A stretch of 62,746 nt of DNA, the filler included. It is 4 parts of 4 records of this genome, joined end to end, with 100 filler letters (N's around TTAATTAATTAA, not from the genome) between each part and the next. Parts side by side here need not be neighbours in the genome. Positions count along the whole stretch, not along the records: positions 27,206 to 44,575 come from SRR20825019_1722; positions 44,676 to 56,013 come from SRR20825019_1729; 2 more parts are not named here. The stretch is one strand, 5' to 3'. Below, piece after piece: positions 40,532 through 50,352 of this stretch (within the stretch, counting starts at the first letter, position 1; each line of letters begins with the position of its first letter). A program made the position numbers and the translations under genes. The notes under the pieces were generated by a model that saw only the letters and a list, made by a program, of their open reading frames with translations, did not search any database and had not been told where the DNA came from.

Positions 40532-41521
40532 CTATTCCCAGCTCTCATCTTCACTGGTGCTGTTGCTCGATTCCTCTGCTTCTACACGCGCCTGCTTCGA
40601 TGCTCCTCCACCAATATCAAGACCGAATAGTGTGGACAGATTCCTCTTGCGCTGGGTCGGAGATCGTCTCGGACTAAACGCCAATGTCCCGTAAGCGTCC
40701 GGCTGAGACATCTTGCGCTCCCGCTCCTCCGTGGCAGCAGCAACCACCTCCGTGTCTGTGCCCCAGTTAAGTTTTGCACCTATTCCAGCATAAAGGTCAT
40801 ACCTGGCATTTTAGTGTACAGTGACCCCATTCTGATCATAAGCTCTTGCGGTGCTGGAGGCTGTCGCGGCAGGATGTTGTCGCCCTCTTTATATCCTGGT
40901 GGTGCGGACATAGTATACGAGACCTTCCTGGCATAATGGACGAGATCATCAGGTTGCACAGGGTCTGTCAAAAAGTATACAATTAGGCAGCCGCACGCGC
41001 ATAAACGCTTCTCGCATACTTTTGAGCCCTTCCCTTAATTTCTTCAAGCGCTTTCGGCCTTTCTCGGTGGACTCCATCAGCTTCTCTTCAGCATTTTTCA
41101 GGCTGTTCACGAGAGAGGATAAGGCTTCAGTTCTCTTCTGGCACTCTTGTTGCACATGCACAATTTTGGACTGAAACTCCTGATGTTTCTCGACTAGTAT
41201 AAGCAAGAAAAATTAGCTCCAAGTATGTGAGAGAGAGAAGAATACTTACGGTTTTTTAGATTTTCTTGTAGCACCCTATCCCGCTCTACCAGGACTTGAA
41301 CAAGTTCATGTGGTTGCCCGCCAGCCTTTCAAAGAAACAGTGAGTGAAGTTGAATCAGCAGACAAATTTTTTCGTACACTTGTGGGAAGTCTTTGGTTAT
41401 CATCTCGAGCATTTACAACATCCCGGATGCTGACTGCCTGGTGCTGAACTGACTCCAAAACCTTTTTGGTAAGGGCAGCAATAGTATTGAGGTCGGCGTG
41501 AAGATTCTTTACGGCGCTCAT
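40532..41521 (-). CDS. MED4: Mediator complex subunit 4, multi-exon
   Basis: Coiled coil, then VQPDDLVHYARKVSYTMSAPPGYKEGD...PPAPQELMIRMGSL, acidic C-terminus. Confidence 0.8.
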
Positions 41522-41589
41522 GGAAGGCTTCTGGTCATTCGTCCAACGTGACACGTATAGATATTTACTAAGGCTCCACTAAAGGCTGC

Positions 41590-42030
41590 ACACCGTCACG
41601 GCAGCTGTCGCCAGCCTACCGCTCGCTGGCACCCTGACCGGCCGGTGCGCCGGCGGGGGCCTCGGGACGGGGCGGCCGCCGGGCTGGCACTCGGAGTCAT
41701 CAGCTTGGGAGCCGGGCCCCCGCAGCGGGAGGGGCCGTATGTACTCCACCGCCCGCTGCCATATGGGGGGGCTCAGCCGGCGCCGGCCGGGACGGGCGAG
41801 CCCCGGGGCTCACCAGTGGCCGGCTCCGCGTGAGTGAGCGACCCGACGGGGGTCAGGCCGGCTGCCCCGTGGCGTCGCTCGCCGGCGCCGGCCCGGACTG
41901 GCCCCGGCGCGGGGTCCCGGGCCGGGGGTCGGCGGGCGGGGCCGGTCGGCGCCCCGAGCGCCGTGGGGCCGGGGGTCGGGTCCCGGGCCTCGGGTCCCCC
42001 GGGCCCCGCCGAACCTCCGCCCCCGCCGCC
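41590..42030. promoter_or_regulatory. GC-rich island between divergent MED4 and MPLKIP-like genes
   Basis: Near-pure G/C tract; limits approximate. Confidence 0.55.
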
Positions 42031-42166
42031 GAACTACTTTCAGGTTCGGTTCACTAGGTGTTCGTGCATACAGTATTGCTGGGACAGTTGGTGAGACCTC
42101 AGAAACACTCCGGTTTAAAAGCATCCAGAACTTCCTGTAGAGAGAATAAGTTTATCGTTGGCATTC

Positions 42167-42691
42167 ATGGAACTTCCAACCCAATTTGGGAAGGTGCGGA
42201 ATCATGGACCAAGGCACCACCCTTATTCGTCGCCAGCAGGGGGAGCTGGCGGTCAAAGAGGTGGCCACCGTGATAACATGGGGGCTAGGGGTAGGGGAGG
42301 TCGCGGGGGTCACTCGAACAGAGGTGGACTACGTGATCACCGAAACGGGGGTCGAGGAAGGCAGCAAGGTTTCCAACAAGGTTTCCAACAGGGTTTCCAA
42401 CAAGGAATGGGGAGCGGTGACCGGAGTTTCCCACACAGTCTGAACAGAGGAGGGCACCGAGGAGGGGGTGGGGGGGGTCCTCAAGCAGACGGCCGCGGAT
42501 ATTTCAAGGCGTCATTCTTTGAGGATCCGTGGCGAGAGCTGTTGGATGAAGCTGGTATGTATACAGCGGCCGCTTGCGACTTTCAAGTTGCCAGTCTAAC
42601 TTCCATATCTGTAGATGGCGGCAGCATACCTAAGGCGACTGGGTATTTCAAACCAACTTTCTTTGAAGATCCTTGGAAAAATTTGATGTGA
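42167..42691 (+). CDS. RGG-rich protein with two MPLKIP/TTDN1-like C-terminal motifs
   Basis: YFKASFFEDPWRELL and YFKPTFFEDPWKNL; QQGF x3; probable in-frame intron 42555-42614. Confidence 0.65.
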   Translation: MELPTQFGKVRNHGPRHHPYSSPAGGAGGQRGGHRDNMGARGRGGRGGHSNRGGLRDHRNGGRGRQQGFQQGFQQGFQQGMGSGDRSFPHSLNRGGHRGGGGGGPQADGRGYFKASFFEDPWRELLDEAGMYTAAACDFQVASLTSISVDGGSIPKATGYFKPTFFEDPWKNLM

Positions 42692-42910
42692 TCAAAATTG
42701 TGAAGGAAGCGATGAGCAAATTCTGTCTTGCTGGTAAGGCATGGGACACTTAGCAGGTGGCTGGCCTACCACAGCTACATACGTTGAGTTTGAGCTTTGC
42801 GGCTATGAAGTCAGCAGTATGGCTCCGGAGTCACTATGTATGAAAAAGCTATCCCATTCCATTGCCGTGTAACTAGGATCTTGTAATATCACAGTAATGT
42901 TTATTCGCAA

Positions 42911-44575
42911 TTAATAGGACAGGTCGTCGACCATCTGAATGGAGGGAGGAATGGTGACTCCATCTTCGAAAAGAAGAGAAAGCACCATTGGCTTTGCAGT
43001 ATTCGTAGAGTTGGATGTGTCCGCTGCTTTGTCGGGAACACATACGCACTTGCGCTTACCCTTCGACTTGTGCACCTTGTGTCTATGCTTCTGTTCGCGT
43101 TTCTTATGCTTGAGACCACGGCCTGCAGCTTCGCTGCCATCGCCTTCAGAAGAGCCCTTACCCACGTAGTCGTCCTGATCTTCGGGAGCTGAAGACACAT
43201 CGGCTAGCGTATCCTCTGCGCCAGCGGCGTCCAACATGCTCGTTCCAGGCATCTCGGCGGGATCGCCAGATGGTTTCAGCAAGTCATCCAAGCTGCCCGA
43301 TGAGTCCTCAGTTCCCTCTTCCAACTCCAGCATTGATACATCATTTCCCCTGTTCCCGCTTGAATCTTCGTCCTCATTGGCATGGACATGTGTGCATTTG
43401 CATTTCAGACCGTCGGACGAAACCGGCAGGTCGAAGTCCTTGCCAACATCCAAAGATTGCTCTTGAGCTACATTCTCTGCGCTCGATGGTGCATGATGCT
43501 CGCCAACCTTCTCGTTCATTTCCTCCGCCCCAATGCGCCCTCTCTTGCCCGTGAGCTGGTTCCCGTAAGGCAAGTTCTTACCTCGCGATGACATCATGCT
43601 AGTCCCCGGGCCTCCCCCGACATCCCGGCGGCCAGAACGTGCGCAGCTATTGGCGTTTCCTGAGGCTCCACAGGCCGCTTGCTGCTTCATACGAATATGT
43701 TCCTTGAGATCCCTCTCCAATTCCATGATGGACAATGTGACTTCCTGGTCAATCAACTTGTTCTTGCTCCAAACATTCGACATATCCGCGCGAACAAGGT
43801 CCGTTGCCTTGACACTCTTCTTTTTAAGACGCATCAACGTTCGAGAAGCCCACTTCTTTGCTTTAGTGGCGAAATTCCACACCTTCTTAATGCTTCGGGG
43901 CACATGACCAATGGTTTTGACCCGCTTTTCCATCTCAAGTCTCATCTTCCTCACCATCTTCTTGTTGTGTTCGATCTCCGCCCATGTCTGCTGCGATTTC
44001 CCAGTCATCGTTTTCAGCTGTGCCTCCATGTCTTTGCGAGCCTGCCTTAGCTTTGTGTTTTGCTGAAGAGTATGAACATGGAAAGCCCGTAGACGCTTCT
44101 GGAGCTGAGCAAGACGCACATAAGCGGTGTAGTGATACTTGCGCAACAAAGTGTTGTATCTCAACAGCTGCCGGATCTTGTAGTGCTTCTTCCTATCCTT
44201 AACGTAAGCTCCCGCATCGCGACCCACGGCCATCCACTCCACATGTAAGCCATAGACCAAGGCATCTCCCCAGGTCTGTATGCGGTACTTAAAGCCCCAG
44301 CTATAAACCCTCTCTACAAAAGCGTCCACCTTCTGGGAAACCCTTCTTTGCGTGTCGAGTAAGCTCAAACTGAGATGCACCTTAGGGGCCCCAAAGAACT
44401 GCGACTTGAAGCGAACAACATGGGTGCGACGCCGAGTTGGCCTGTACGGACGCCAGTCTCTCAGAACACTTGTACTAAGGCGATGTCTGCCGCGCGCAAT
44501 TTTGGTACCCGGGAAAGCCACAGTTGCTCCTTTTGTTAATGAAACATCCGTTGCGGGTCTGGGGTATGTGGGCGA
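42911..44575 (-). CDS. H-type lectin domain + coiled coil + acidic low-complexity tail (5' truncated)
   Basis: VRFKSQFFGAPKVHLSLSLLD...GFKYRIQTWGDALVYGLHVEWMAVG; frame open to the contig end. Confidence 0.7.
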   Translation of the reverse strand, partial: SPTYPRPATDVSLTKGATVAFPGTKIARGRHRLSTSVLRDWRPYRPTRRRTHVVRFKSQFFGAPKVHLSLSLLDTQRRVSQKVDAFVERVYSWGFKYRIQTWGDALVYGLHVEWMAVGRDAGAYVKDRKKHYKIRQLLRYNTLLRKYHYTAYVRLAQLQKRLRAFHVHTLQQNTKLRQARKDMEAQLKTMTGKSQQTWAEIEHNKKMVRKMRLEMEKRVKTIGHVPRSIKKVWNFATKAKKWASRTLMRLKKKSVKATDLVRADMSNVWSKNKLIDQEVTLSIMELERDLKEHIRMKQQAACGASGNANSCARSGRRDVGGGPGTSMMSSRGKNLPYGNQLTGKRGRIGAEEMNEKVGEHHAPSSAENVAQEQSLDVGKDFDLPVSSDGLKCKCTHVHANEDEDSSGNRGNDVSMLELEEGTEDSSGSLDDLLKPSGDPAEMPGTSMLDAAGAEDTLADVSSAPEDQDDYVGKGSSEGDGSEAAGRGLKHKKREQKHRHKVHKSKGKRKCVCVPDKAADTSNSTNTAKPMVLSLLFEDGVTIPPSIQMVDDLSY

Positions 44576-44675
44576 NNNNNNNNNNNNNNNNNNNNNNNNN
44601 NNNNNNNNNNNNNNNNNNNTTAATTAATTAANNNNNNNNNNNNNNNNNNNNNNNNNNNNNNNNNNNNNNNNNNNN
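44576..44675. other. Artificial contig linker
   Basis: N44-TTAATTAATTAA-N44. Confidence 0.99.
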
Positions 44676-44703
44676 GTTGCTCTACCAACTGAGCTAAGGT
44701 ACC
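44676..44703 (-). tRNA. tRNA 5' fragment, probably tRNA-Phe
   Basis: Minus strand GGTACCTTAGCTCAGTTGGTAGAGCAAC = acceptor strand + D-arm; identity inferred, anticodon missing. Confidence 0.75.
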
Positions 44704-44718
44704 TATTATTAAGGAGCG

Positions 44719-44726
44719 CAAATATA
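44719..44726 (-). promoter_or_regulatory. Bacteroidetes -7 promoter element for the tRNA
   Basis: TATATTTG matches TAnnTTTG. Confidence 0.7.
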
Positions 44727-44800
44727 AAATCAATTTTGAAACCCTACAACATAAAGACTAAAAAATTCGTTTGTAATTTTACAAAACCATAAATAAAAAG

Positions 44801-45532
44801 ATGAATTTGATAATAGACATAGGTAACTCGAGAACTAAACTTGCAGTTTTTGAGTACGTTACCCTTAAGGAAAGAACAATTTGTTCATCTAATGAAATTG
44901 AAAAAAAAATTAAAGAAATATTAGAAAATTGGTCTAATATCACACATTCTATAATATCTAACACGTCTTCTTACCCAATAGAACACTTAAATTTCTTAGA
45001 AAAGTATACTATTGTTTTGCAACTTAATCAATTTACCAGCGTCCCTTATACAAACAATTACAATACGCCAGAAACATTAGGTTTAGATCGTATAGGTTTA
45101 GTAGCTGGATCTGCAAAAACATATTCAAATGAAAATGTCTTAATTATAGATGCAGGTACTTGTATAACTTATGATTTTATTGATAGTACAAATAAATATC
45201 ATGGAGGTTCTATTTCACCTGGATTACAAATGCGCTTTAAGGCTATGCATGAATTTACAGCAAAACTTCCATTACTTAAGGCTACAGATAATGTAAACTT
45301 AATAGGGAAAAGTACATCTGAGAGTATGCAAAGTGGTGCCATTTGGGGTACTTGTAATGAAATAGATGGTTTTATAAACCGTTATAAAGAAAAATATCCT
45401 GATTTAACAGTTATTTTTACTGGTGGAGACGCTGATTTTTTGTCTAAACGTATAAAAAATAGCATCTTTGCCAACTCTAATTTTTTGTTGGAAGGATTAA
45501 ACCATATTTTAGAATTTAACAAAGACACATGA
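44801..45532 (+). CDS. coaX: Type III pantothenate kinase
   Basis: IDIGNSRTK, LGLDR, IDAGTCIT, GGSISPG, TGGDA. Confidence 0.95.
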   Translation: MNLIIDIGNSRTKLAVFEYVTLKERTICSSNEIEKKIKEILENWSNITHSIISNTSSYPIEHLNFLEKYTIVLQLNQFTSVPYTNNYNTPETLGLDRIGLVAGSAKTYSNENVLIIDAGTCITYDFIDSTNKYHGGSISPGLQMRFKAMHEFTAKLPLLKATDNVNLIGKSTSESMQSGAIWGTCNEIDGFINRYKEKYPDLTVIFTGGDADFLSKRIKNSIFANSNFLLEGLNHILEFNKDT

Positions 45533-46782
45533 TTAAACGATTTGTAGTAATCGTAGCGCTCTTAGGTATAGTGTTGACGGCAAGTGCACAGGAAGGAACC
45601 TCATCTCCATATTCATTTTATGGTATTGGTTTAACTAAATTTAGAGGAACTGCAGAACAGCGAGGAATGGCTGGTTTGGGTGCCTATAGTGATAGTATTC
45701 ACATAAATTTACAAAACCCAGCAAGTTTCGCGAAATTACGCCTAACTGCTTATTCCGTTGGAGCTAGTCACCAATCTTTAAGTTTAGAAGACGCAAATGC
45801 TTCTGAGTCTGCTTCACACACCACCTTTGATTATTTAGCATTAGGATTTCCAGCAGGTAGACTAGGATTTGGACTTTCAGTTTATCCTAGCACAACAGTT
45901 GGCTATAACATAAAACCTGATAATGGTGAGTCATTAAGCTCATCAGACCAATTTACTGGTAGAGGTGGCTTAAATAAAGTAGCGCTTTCTACCGCTTATA
46001 AAGTTACAGACAACTTTAACATTGGTGTAGATTTTCAATATAACTTTGGAAATATTCAAAACAAAAGCATTCGCTTTCAAGACGACATTCAGTTTGGAAC
46101 TAGAGAAATTAACCGATCAGATTTCTTAGGCTTCAGCTTTAAGGTTGGTGCTATTTACGACACTAAGTTAACTGAGAATTTAGACTTAACTGCTACAGCA
46201 ACCTATATGCCTTCAACAACTATAAATGTTGAAAATTTCAGGGAATTGGCTACAGTAATTGTGGGTAACTCAGGACAAGAATTAGTAGCAGACAGACAAG
46301 ATATTGAGTTAGAAGATTCAGATTTTAAAAACCCTTCAGAAATTAGTTTAGGATTAGGGATAGGAAAAGCGAATAAGTGGTATGCAGGCCTTGAGTATGT
46401 AAATTCACAAAAAAGTAACTTTAATAATCGTTCTTTTAATAATGAAGACGTTATTTTTGACGACGCCTCTAAATTTAAAGTTGGAGGTTTTTATATTCCA
46501 AAATATAATGACCTTACAAGTTACTTAAACAGAATTGTTTATAGGCTTGGAGCACGATATGAAGAAACCGGTCTAAACCTAAGAGGAGAAGACATTAACG
46601 AGTTTGGCATATCTTTTGGAGTAGGTATACCAGCAGGACGATTATTTACAAATGCTAACTTATCTTTTGAATACGGACAACGTGGTACAACAGATGCAGG
46701 CTTAATAAAAGAATCGTTTTACAATATTATAATCGGCTTGTCTTTAAATGACAAGTGGTTTGAAAAAACTAAGTTTAATTAA
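45529..46782 (+). CDS. Outer membrane beta-barrel (OmpP1/FadL-like)
   Basis: Signal peptide, SSPYSFYGIG, NPAS motif, alternating beta strands. Confidence 0.8.
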   Translation: MIKRFVVIVALLGIVLTASAQEGTSSPYSFYGIGLTKFRGTAEQRGMAGLGAYSDSIHINLQNPASFAKLRLTAYSVGASHQSLSLEDANASESASHTTFDYLALGFPAGRLGFGLSVYPSTTVGYNIKPDNGESLSSSDQFTGRGGLNKVALSTAYKVTDNFNIGVDFQYNFGNIQNKSIRFQDDIQFGTREINRSDFLGFSFKVGAIYDTKLTENLDLTATATYMPSTTINVENFRELATVIVGNSGQELVADRQDIELEDSDFKNPSEISLGLGIGKANKWYAGLEYVNSQKSNFNNRSFNNEDVIFDDASKFKVGGFYIPKYNDLTSYLNRIVYRLGARYEETGLNLRGEDINEFGISFGVGIPAGRLFTNANLSFEYGQRGTTDAGLIKESFYNIIIGLSLNDKWFEKTKFN

Positions 46783-46796
46783 CCATTTTAAATACT

Positions 46797-48173
46797 ATGA
46801 AAACTAAAGCAACTTTATTAATAACAGCTTTATTTCTAGGCATACAGTTCACTAATGCACAAGCTGCAGACTGTGCAACACAATTGTCGCTTTTTGCAAC
46901 AAGTGCTAAGAATAAGCAATACGACGCAGCAAAACCTCACTATGAAACATTAGTGAAAGACTGCCCTTCATACTCATTAGCAACATACCAATATGGTGTG
47001 CGTATGTACAAGCATTTTTTAGATAAAAGCACAGAAGCTAATAAAAAGCAAAATGCAGAAAATCTAATTGCTGCACATCAAGCAAAACTTAAATATTTTG
47101 AGAATGACCCTAAAGTAGATAAGGGAGATGTTCTTGCAGATATAGCACAAGTAATGTACGATAACAAATTAGGTACTACAGAAGAGCAATATGCTGCTTT
47201 TGATAAAGCTTGGACTACAGATAAGGCATCTTTTAAAAGTCCTAAAGGTTTACTTACTTACTTTTCTTTATTAATAGACCTTCAAGAAGCTGGTAAAAAA
47301 GATCTTCAAGAAGTGTTTGATAAATATGATGAGGTAATCACTAAAATTGAAAAAGAAAATGATGAGTTAGCTGTTAAAGTAACTCCTCTTATTGAAAAGC
47401 AAGATAACCAAGAGTCTCTTAACAGATCTGAAAAGATTAGTCTTAAGAATGGAGAAATTTATCTTAAAAACTACAGTGTAGTAGCTGGAAGTATCAACGG
47501 TAAGTTTGGAAAAATTGCAGATTGTGAAAACCTTATCCCTTTATACCAAGGACAGTTTGAAGAAAAGAAAACTGATAGTAACTGGTTAAAAAGTGCTGCT
47601 GGTCGTTTAAGTGGTAAAGATTGTACAGATGATCCTTTATTTAAGAAACTAGTTGAAGCATTACACACCAATGAGCCTTCTGCAGATTCTGCGTTCTACT
47701 TAGGTAGATTAGAAGAGCAAGCTGGAAATATGACTAAAGCGCTTAAATATTACAACGAGTCTGCCGAGTTACAGACAGACCCAACTAAGAGAGCTAAAGT
47801 ATATTACAGATTGGCAGAAAGCGCTAAAGCTAAAGGTAGCTACAGTACTGCAAGAAGCTTTTACAACAAAGCGTTACAAAACAAGCCTTCGTTAGGTGTT
47901 GCATACTTAAAAATTGCAGATATGTACGCTAAAAGTGTAAACAACTGTGGTGGTACTTCTTTTGAAAAGAGATCTGTATATTGGTTAGCTGCAGATATGG
48001 CGTCTAAAGCTGGTCGTGTAGATCCTTCAATTAAGAGTAATGCAGATCAAGCTGCTGCAGCTTACAGAGGTAGAGCTCCACAAAAATCTGATATCTTCTC
48101 AGCAAACATGGCTGGAAAGACAGTAAATATAGGATGCTGGATTGGATCTTCTGTGAAGGTTCCTAACTTGTAA
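46797..48173 (+). CDS. Exported TPR-repeat protein
   Basis: Signal peptide; TPR-like helices KALKYYNESAEL and ARSFYNKAL. Confidence 0.85.
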   Translation: MKTKATLLITALFLGIQFTNAQAADCATQLSLFATSAKNKQYDAAKPHYETLVKDCPSYSLATYQYGVRMYKHFLDKSTEANKKQNAENLIAAHQAKLKYFENDPKVDKGDVLADIAQVMYDNKLGTTEEQYAAFDKAWTTDKASFKSPKGLLTYFSLLIDLQEAGKKDLQEVFDKYDEVITKIEKENDELAVKVTPLIEKQDNQESLNRSEKISLKNGEIYLKNYSVVAGSINGKFGKIADCENLIPLYQGQFEEKKTDSNWLKSAAGRLSGKDCTDDPLFKKLVEALHTNEPSADSAFYLGRLEEQAGNMTKALKYYNESAELQTDPTKRAKVYYRLAESAKAKGSYSTARSFYNKALQNKPSLGVAYLKIADMYAKSVNNCGGTSFEKRSVYWLAADMASKAGRVDPSIKSNADQAAAAYRGRAPQKSDIFSANMAGKTVNIGCWIGSSVKVPNL

Positions 48174-48174
48174 A

Positions 48175-48741
48175 ATGCAAAACACATATAATATATATAT
48201 AAAGAGCATTGCTGTAACTTTTGTTATAGCAATGCTTTTTTCTTGTAAAGGAAAATTAAACGAGGTTCGTAGCTTCGAGTTATTACAGGATGGCCCACAG
48301 GCAATTGGACAAGAGATAAATCTTTTTTATACAGATTCTGGCAAAGTGGTAGCCAACCTTAAAAGTGCTAAACTTAAAGATTACTCAAATCAAGAATTTC
48401 CGTATCGGGAATTTCCAGATGGATTAACAGTAGATTTTTTTGATGACAGTAACAAAAAGAATACAGTTTATGCAGATTATGGAATAATCTATGAACCAAC
48501 GGGCTTAATAGATTTACAAGGAAATGTAAAAATTGTTACTAGCGATAGTACTATTGTCTACGCAGAACAATTATATTATGACCAACAAAAGCAATGGGTC
48601 TTTACAGACAAACCTTATACTGCATTGTTTCCTAGTGGCTCTACCACAAATGGAGAAGGATTTGACAGCAATAAGGATTTTACCAAATTTCTATCCAGAT
48701 CAGACGTTGGTGTCATGTATTTAGAAGAAGAAGAAAAATAG
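48175..48741 (+). CDS. lptC: LPS export lipoprotein LptC
   Basis: Lipobox LFSC, YTDSG, EFPDGL, LQGNV, EQLYYDQ. Confidence 0.85.
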   Translation: MQNTYNIYIKSIAVTFVIAMLFSCKGKLNEVRSFELLQDGPQAIGQEINLFYTDSGKVVANLKSAKLKDYSNQEFPYREFPDGLTVDFFDDSNKKNTVYADYGIIYEPTGLIDLQGNVKIVTSDSTIVYAEQLYYDQQKQWVFTDKPYTALFPSGSTTNGEGFDSNKDFTKFLSRSDVGVMYLEEEEK

Positions 48742-48772
48742 CTGTACTTTTACAACCTTATTGTACAGTATT

Positions 48773-48967
48773 ATGAAACTCTATAAATTTTTTGAATACG
48801 CTTATATTGCCATAGCCGTTTGGTTTATTGGTGAAGCTATAAGCATATGGGCAACAGACAGAGGCAGATCTTATATGCTTCTTGCTTTTGCTGCAGTTGC
48901 GCTATTTTTATTCTTTTTTAAAAGAAAATTTAGGCGTAAAATTGAAGATAACAATCGTCAAGAATAA
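48773..48967 (+). CDS. Small two-TM membrane protein
   Basis: Two hydrophobic helices and a basic tail; stop overlaps the next start. Confidence 0.7.
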   Translation: MKLYKFFEYAYIAIAVWFIGEAISIWATDRGRSYMLLAFAAVALFLFFFKRKFRRKIEDNNRQE

Positions 48968-50256
48968 TGCATTCTGAAATCATTATCATTGTTTTATCTC
49001 TTATCCTTTCTGCTTTCTTCTCAGGAATGGAAATTGCTTATGTGTCTTCTAACAAAATACATATTGAAATAGAGAAGATGCAAGCCGGCTTCTTGGCCAA
49101 TATCTTAAGACGTCTTACCAAAAAACCTTCAAAATTTATTGCAACCATGTTGGTTGGCAATAACATTGCCCTAGTTATCTATGGATTTTTTATGGGCGAT
49201 TTACTCTTGGCATTATTTCAAAACATGCTTCCTGTAGAAAATGAGATACTTCGATATATTTTTGTAGACCTTAGTTTACTTACGCAAACTATAATTTCTA
49301 CACTCGTAATTTTACTTACTGCAGAGTTTTTACCAAAAGTCTTCTTTCAAATTTATGCCAATTCTTTACTTAAGATATTTGCTGCACCAGCATATGTATT
49401 TTATATCTTATTTGGCTTTATTTCATCATTTGTAATATGGGTCTCAGACCTTGTATTAAAAAAGTTCTTTAAAACAGATGGAGATGAAGTACAACTAGCC
49501 TTTAGTAAAGTAGAGCTCGGCAACTACATTACAGAACAAATGGAGGCTATCGAGGAACATGAAGAAGTAGATAGTGAAATACAGATTTTTCAAAATGCTT
49601 TGGAGTTTTCAGAAGTAAAATCTAGAGAAGTAATGATACCTCGTACAGAGATTGTTGCTGTTGATATTACTACAGAACCTAAAGATCTAATTAAATTATT
49701 TACAGATACAGGCCTTTCTAAAATACTAGTGTACAAAGACACAAATGACGATATTATAGGTTACGTACATTCATTCGAACTTTTTAAGCAACCTAAAACG
49801 GTAAAAGAAATTCTAATGCCAGTAGTTTTCGTACCTGAAACTATGCTAATAAAGGATATTCTTAATACACTTATAAAAAAGAGAAAAAGTATTGCTGTAG
49901 TTATAGATGAGTATGGTGGCACAAGCGGCATGATTACCGTTGAAGATATTGTAGAAGAATTATTTGGCGAGATAGAAGATGAACATGATTCTGTAATACT
50001 TACTGAAGAAGTACTTAATGATAATGTGTATAAATTTTCTGCTCGATTAGAAGTAGATTATATTAATGAAGCCTATAAGCTAGAGTTACCTGAAAGTGAA
50101 AATTATGAAACCCTAGGTGGTATGATTGTTCACTTTACAGAAGACATTCCAGAACAAGGCGGAATTGTAGAAATTGAAAACTTTAAACTACACATTCTTG
50201 AAGTTTCTAACACAAAAATAGAACTAGTAGAGCTACATAACCTCCAAGAAAACTAG
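48967..50256 (+). CDS. HlyC/CorC (CNNM-CBS) family protein
   Basis: SAFFSGMEIA, AEFLPK, MIPRT, VIDEYGGTSG, EIEDEHD. Confidence 0.93.
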   Translation: MHSEIIIIVLSLILSAFFSGMEIAYVSSNKIHIEIEKMQAGFLANILRRLTKKPSKFIATMLVGNNIALVIYGFFMGDLLLALFQNMLPVENEILRYIFVDLSLLTQTIISTLVILLTAEFLPKVFFQIYANSLLKIFAAPAYVFYILFGFISSFVIWVSDLVLKKFFKTDGDEVQLAFSKVELGNYITEQMEAIEEHEEVDSEIQIFQNALEFSEVKSREVMIPRTEIVAVDITTEPKDLIKLFTDTGLSKILVYKDTNDDIIGYVHSFELFKQPKTVKEILMPVVFVPETMLIKDILNTLIKKRKSIAVVIDEYGGTSGMITVEDIVEELFGEIEDEHDSVILTEEVLNDNVYKFSARLEVDYINEAYKLELPESENYETLGGMIVHFTEDIPEQGGIVEIENFKLHILEVSNTKIELVELHNLQEN

Positions 50257-50352
50257 GTCTTTACACCGTGTAACTTTTACACACATTTTCTTTCATGTTA
50301 TGTGCTAAAACCTTATTTTCGCCCACTATTCAAGACAAAAGAATAAATTACA

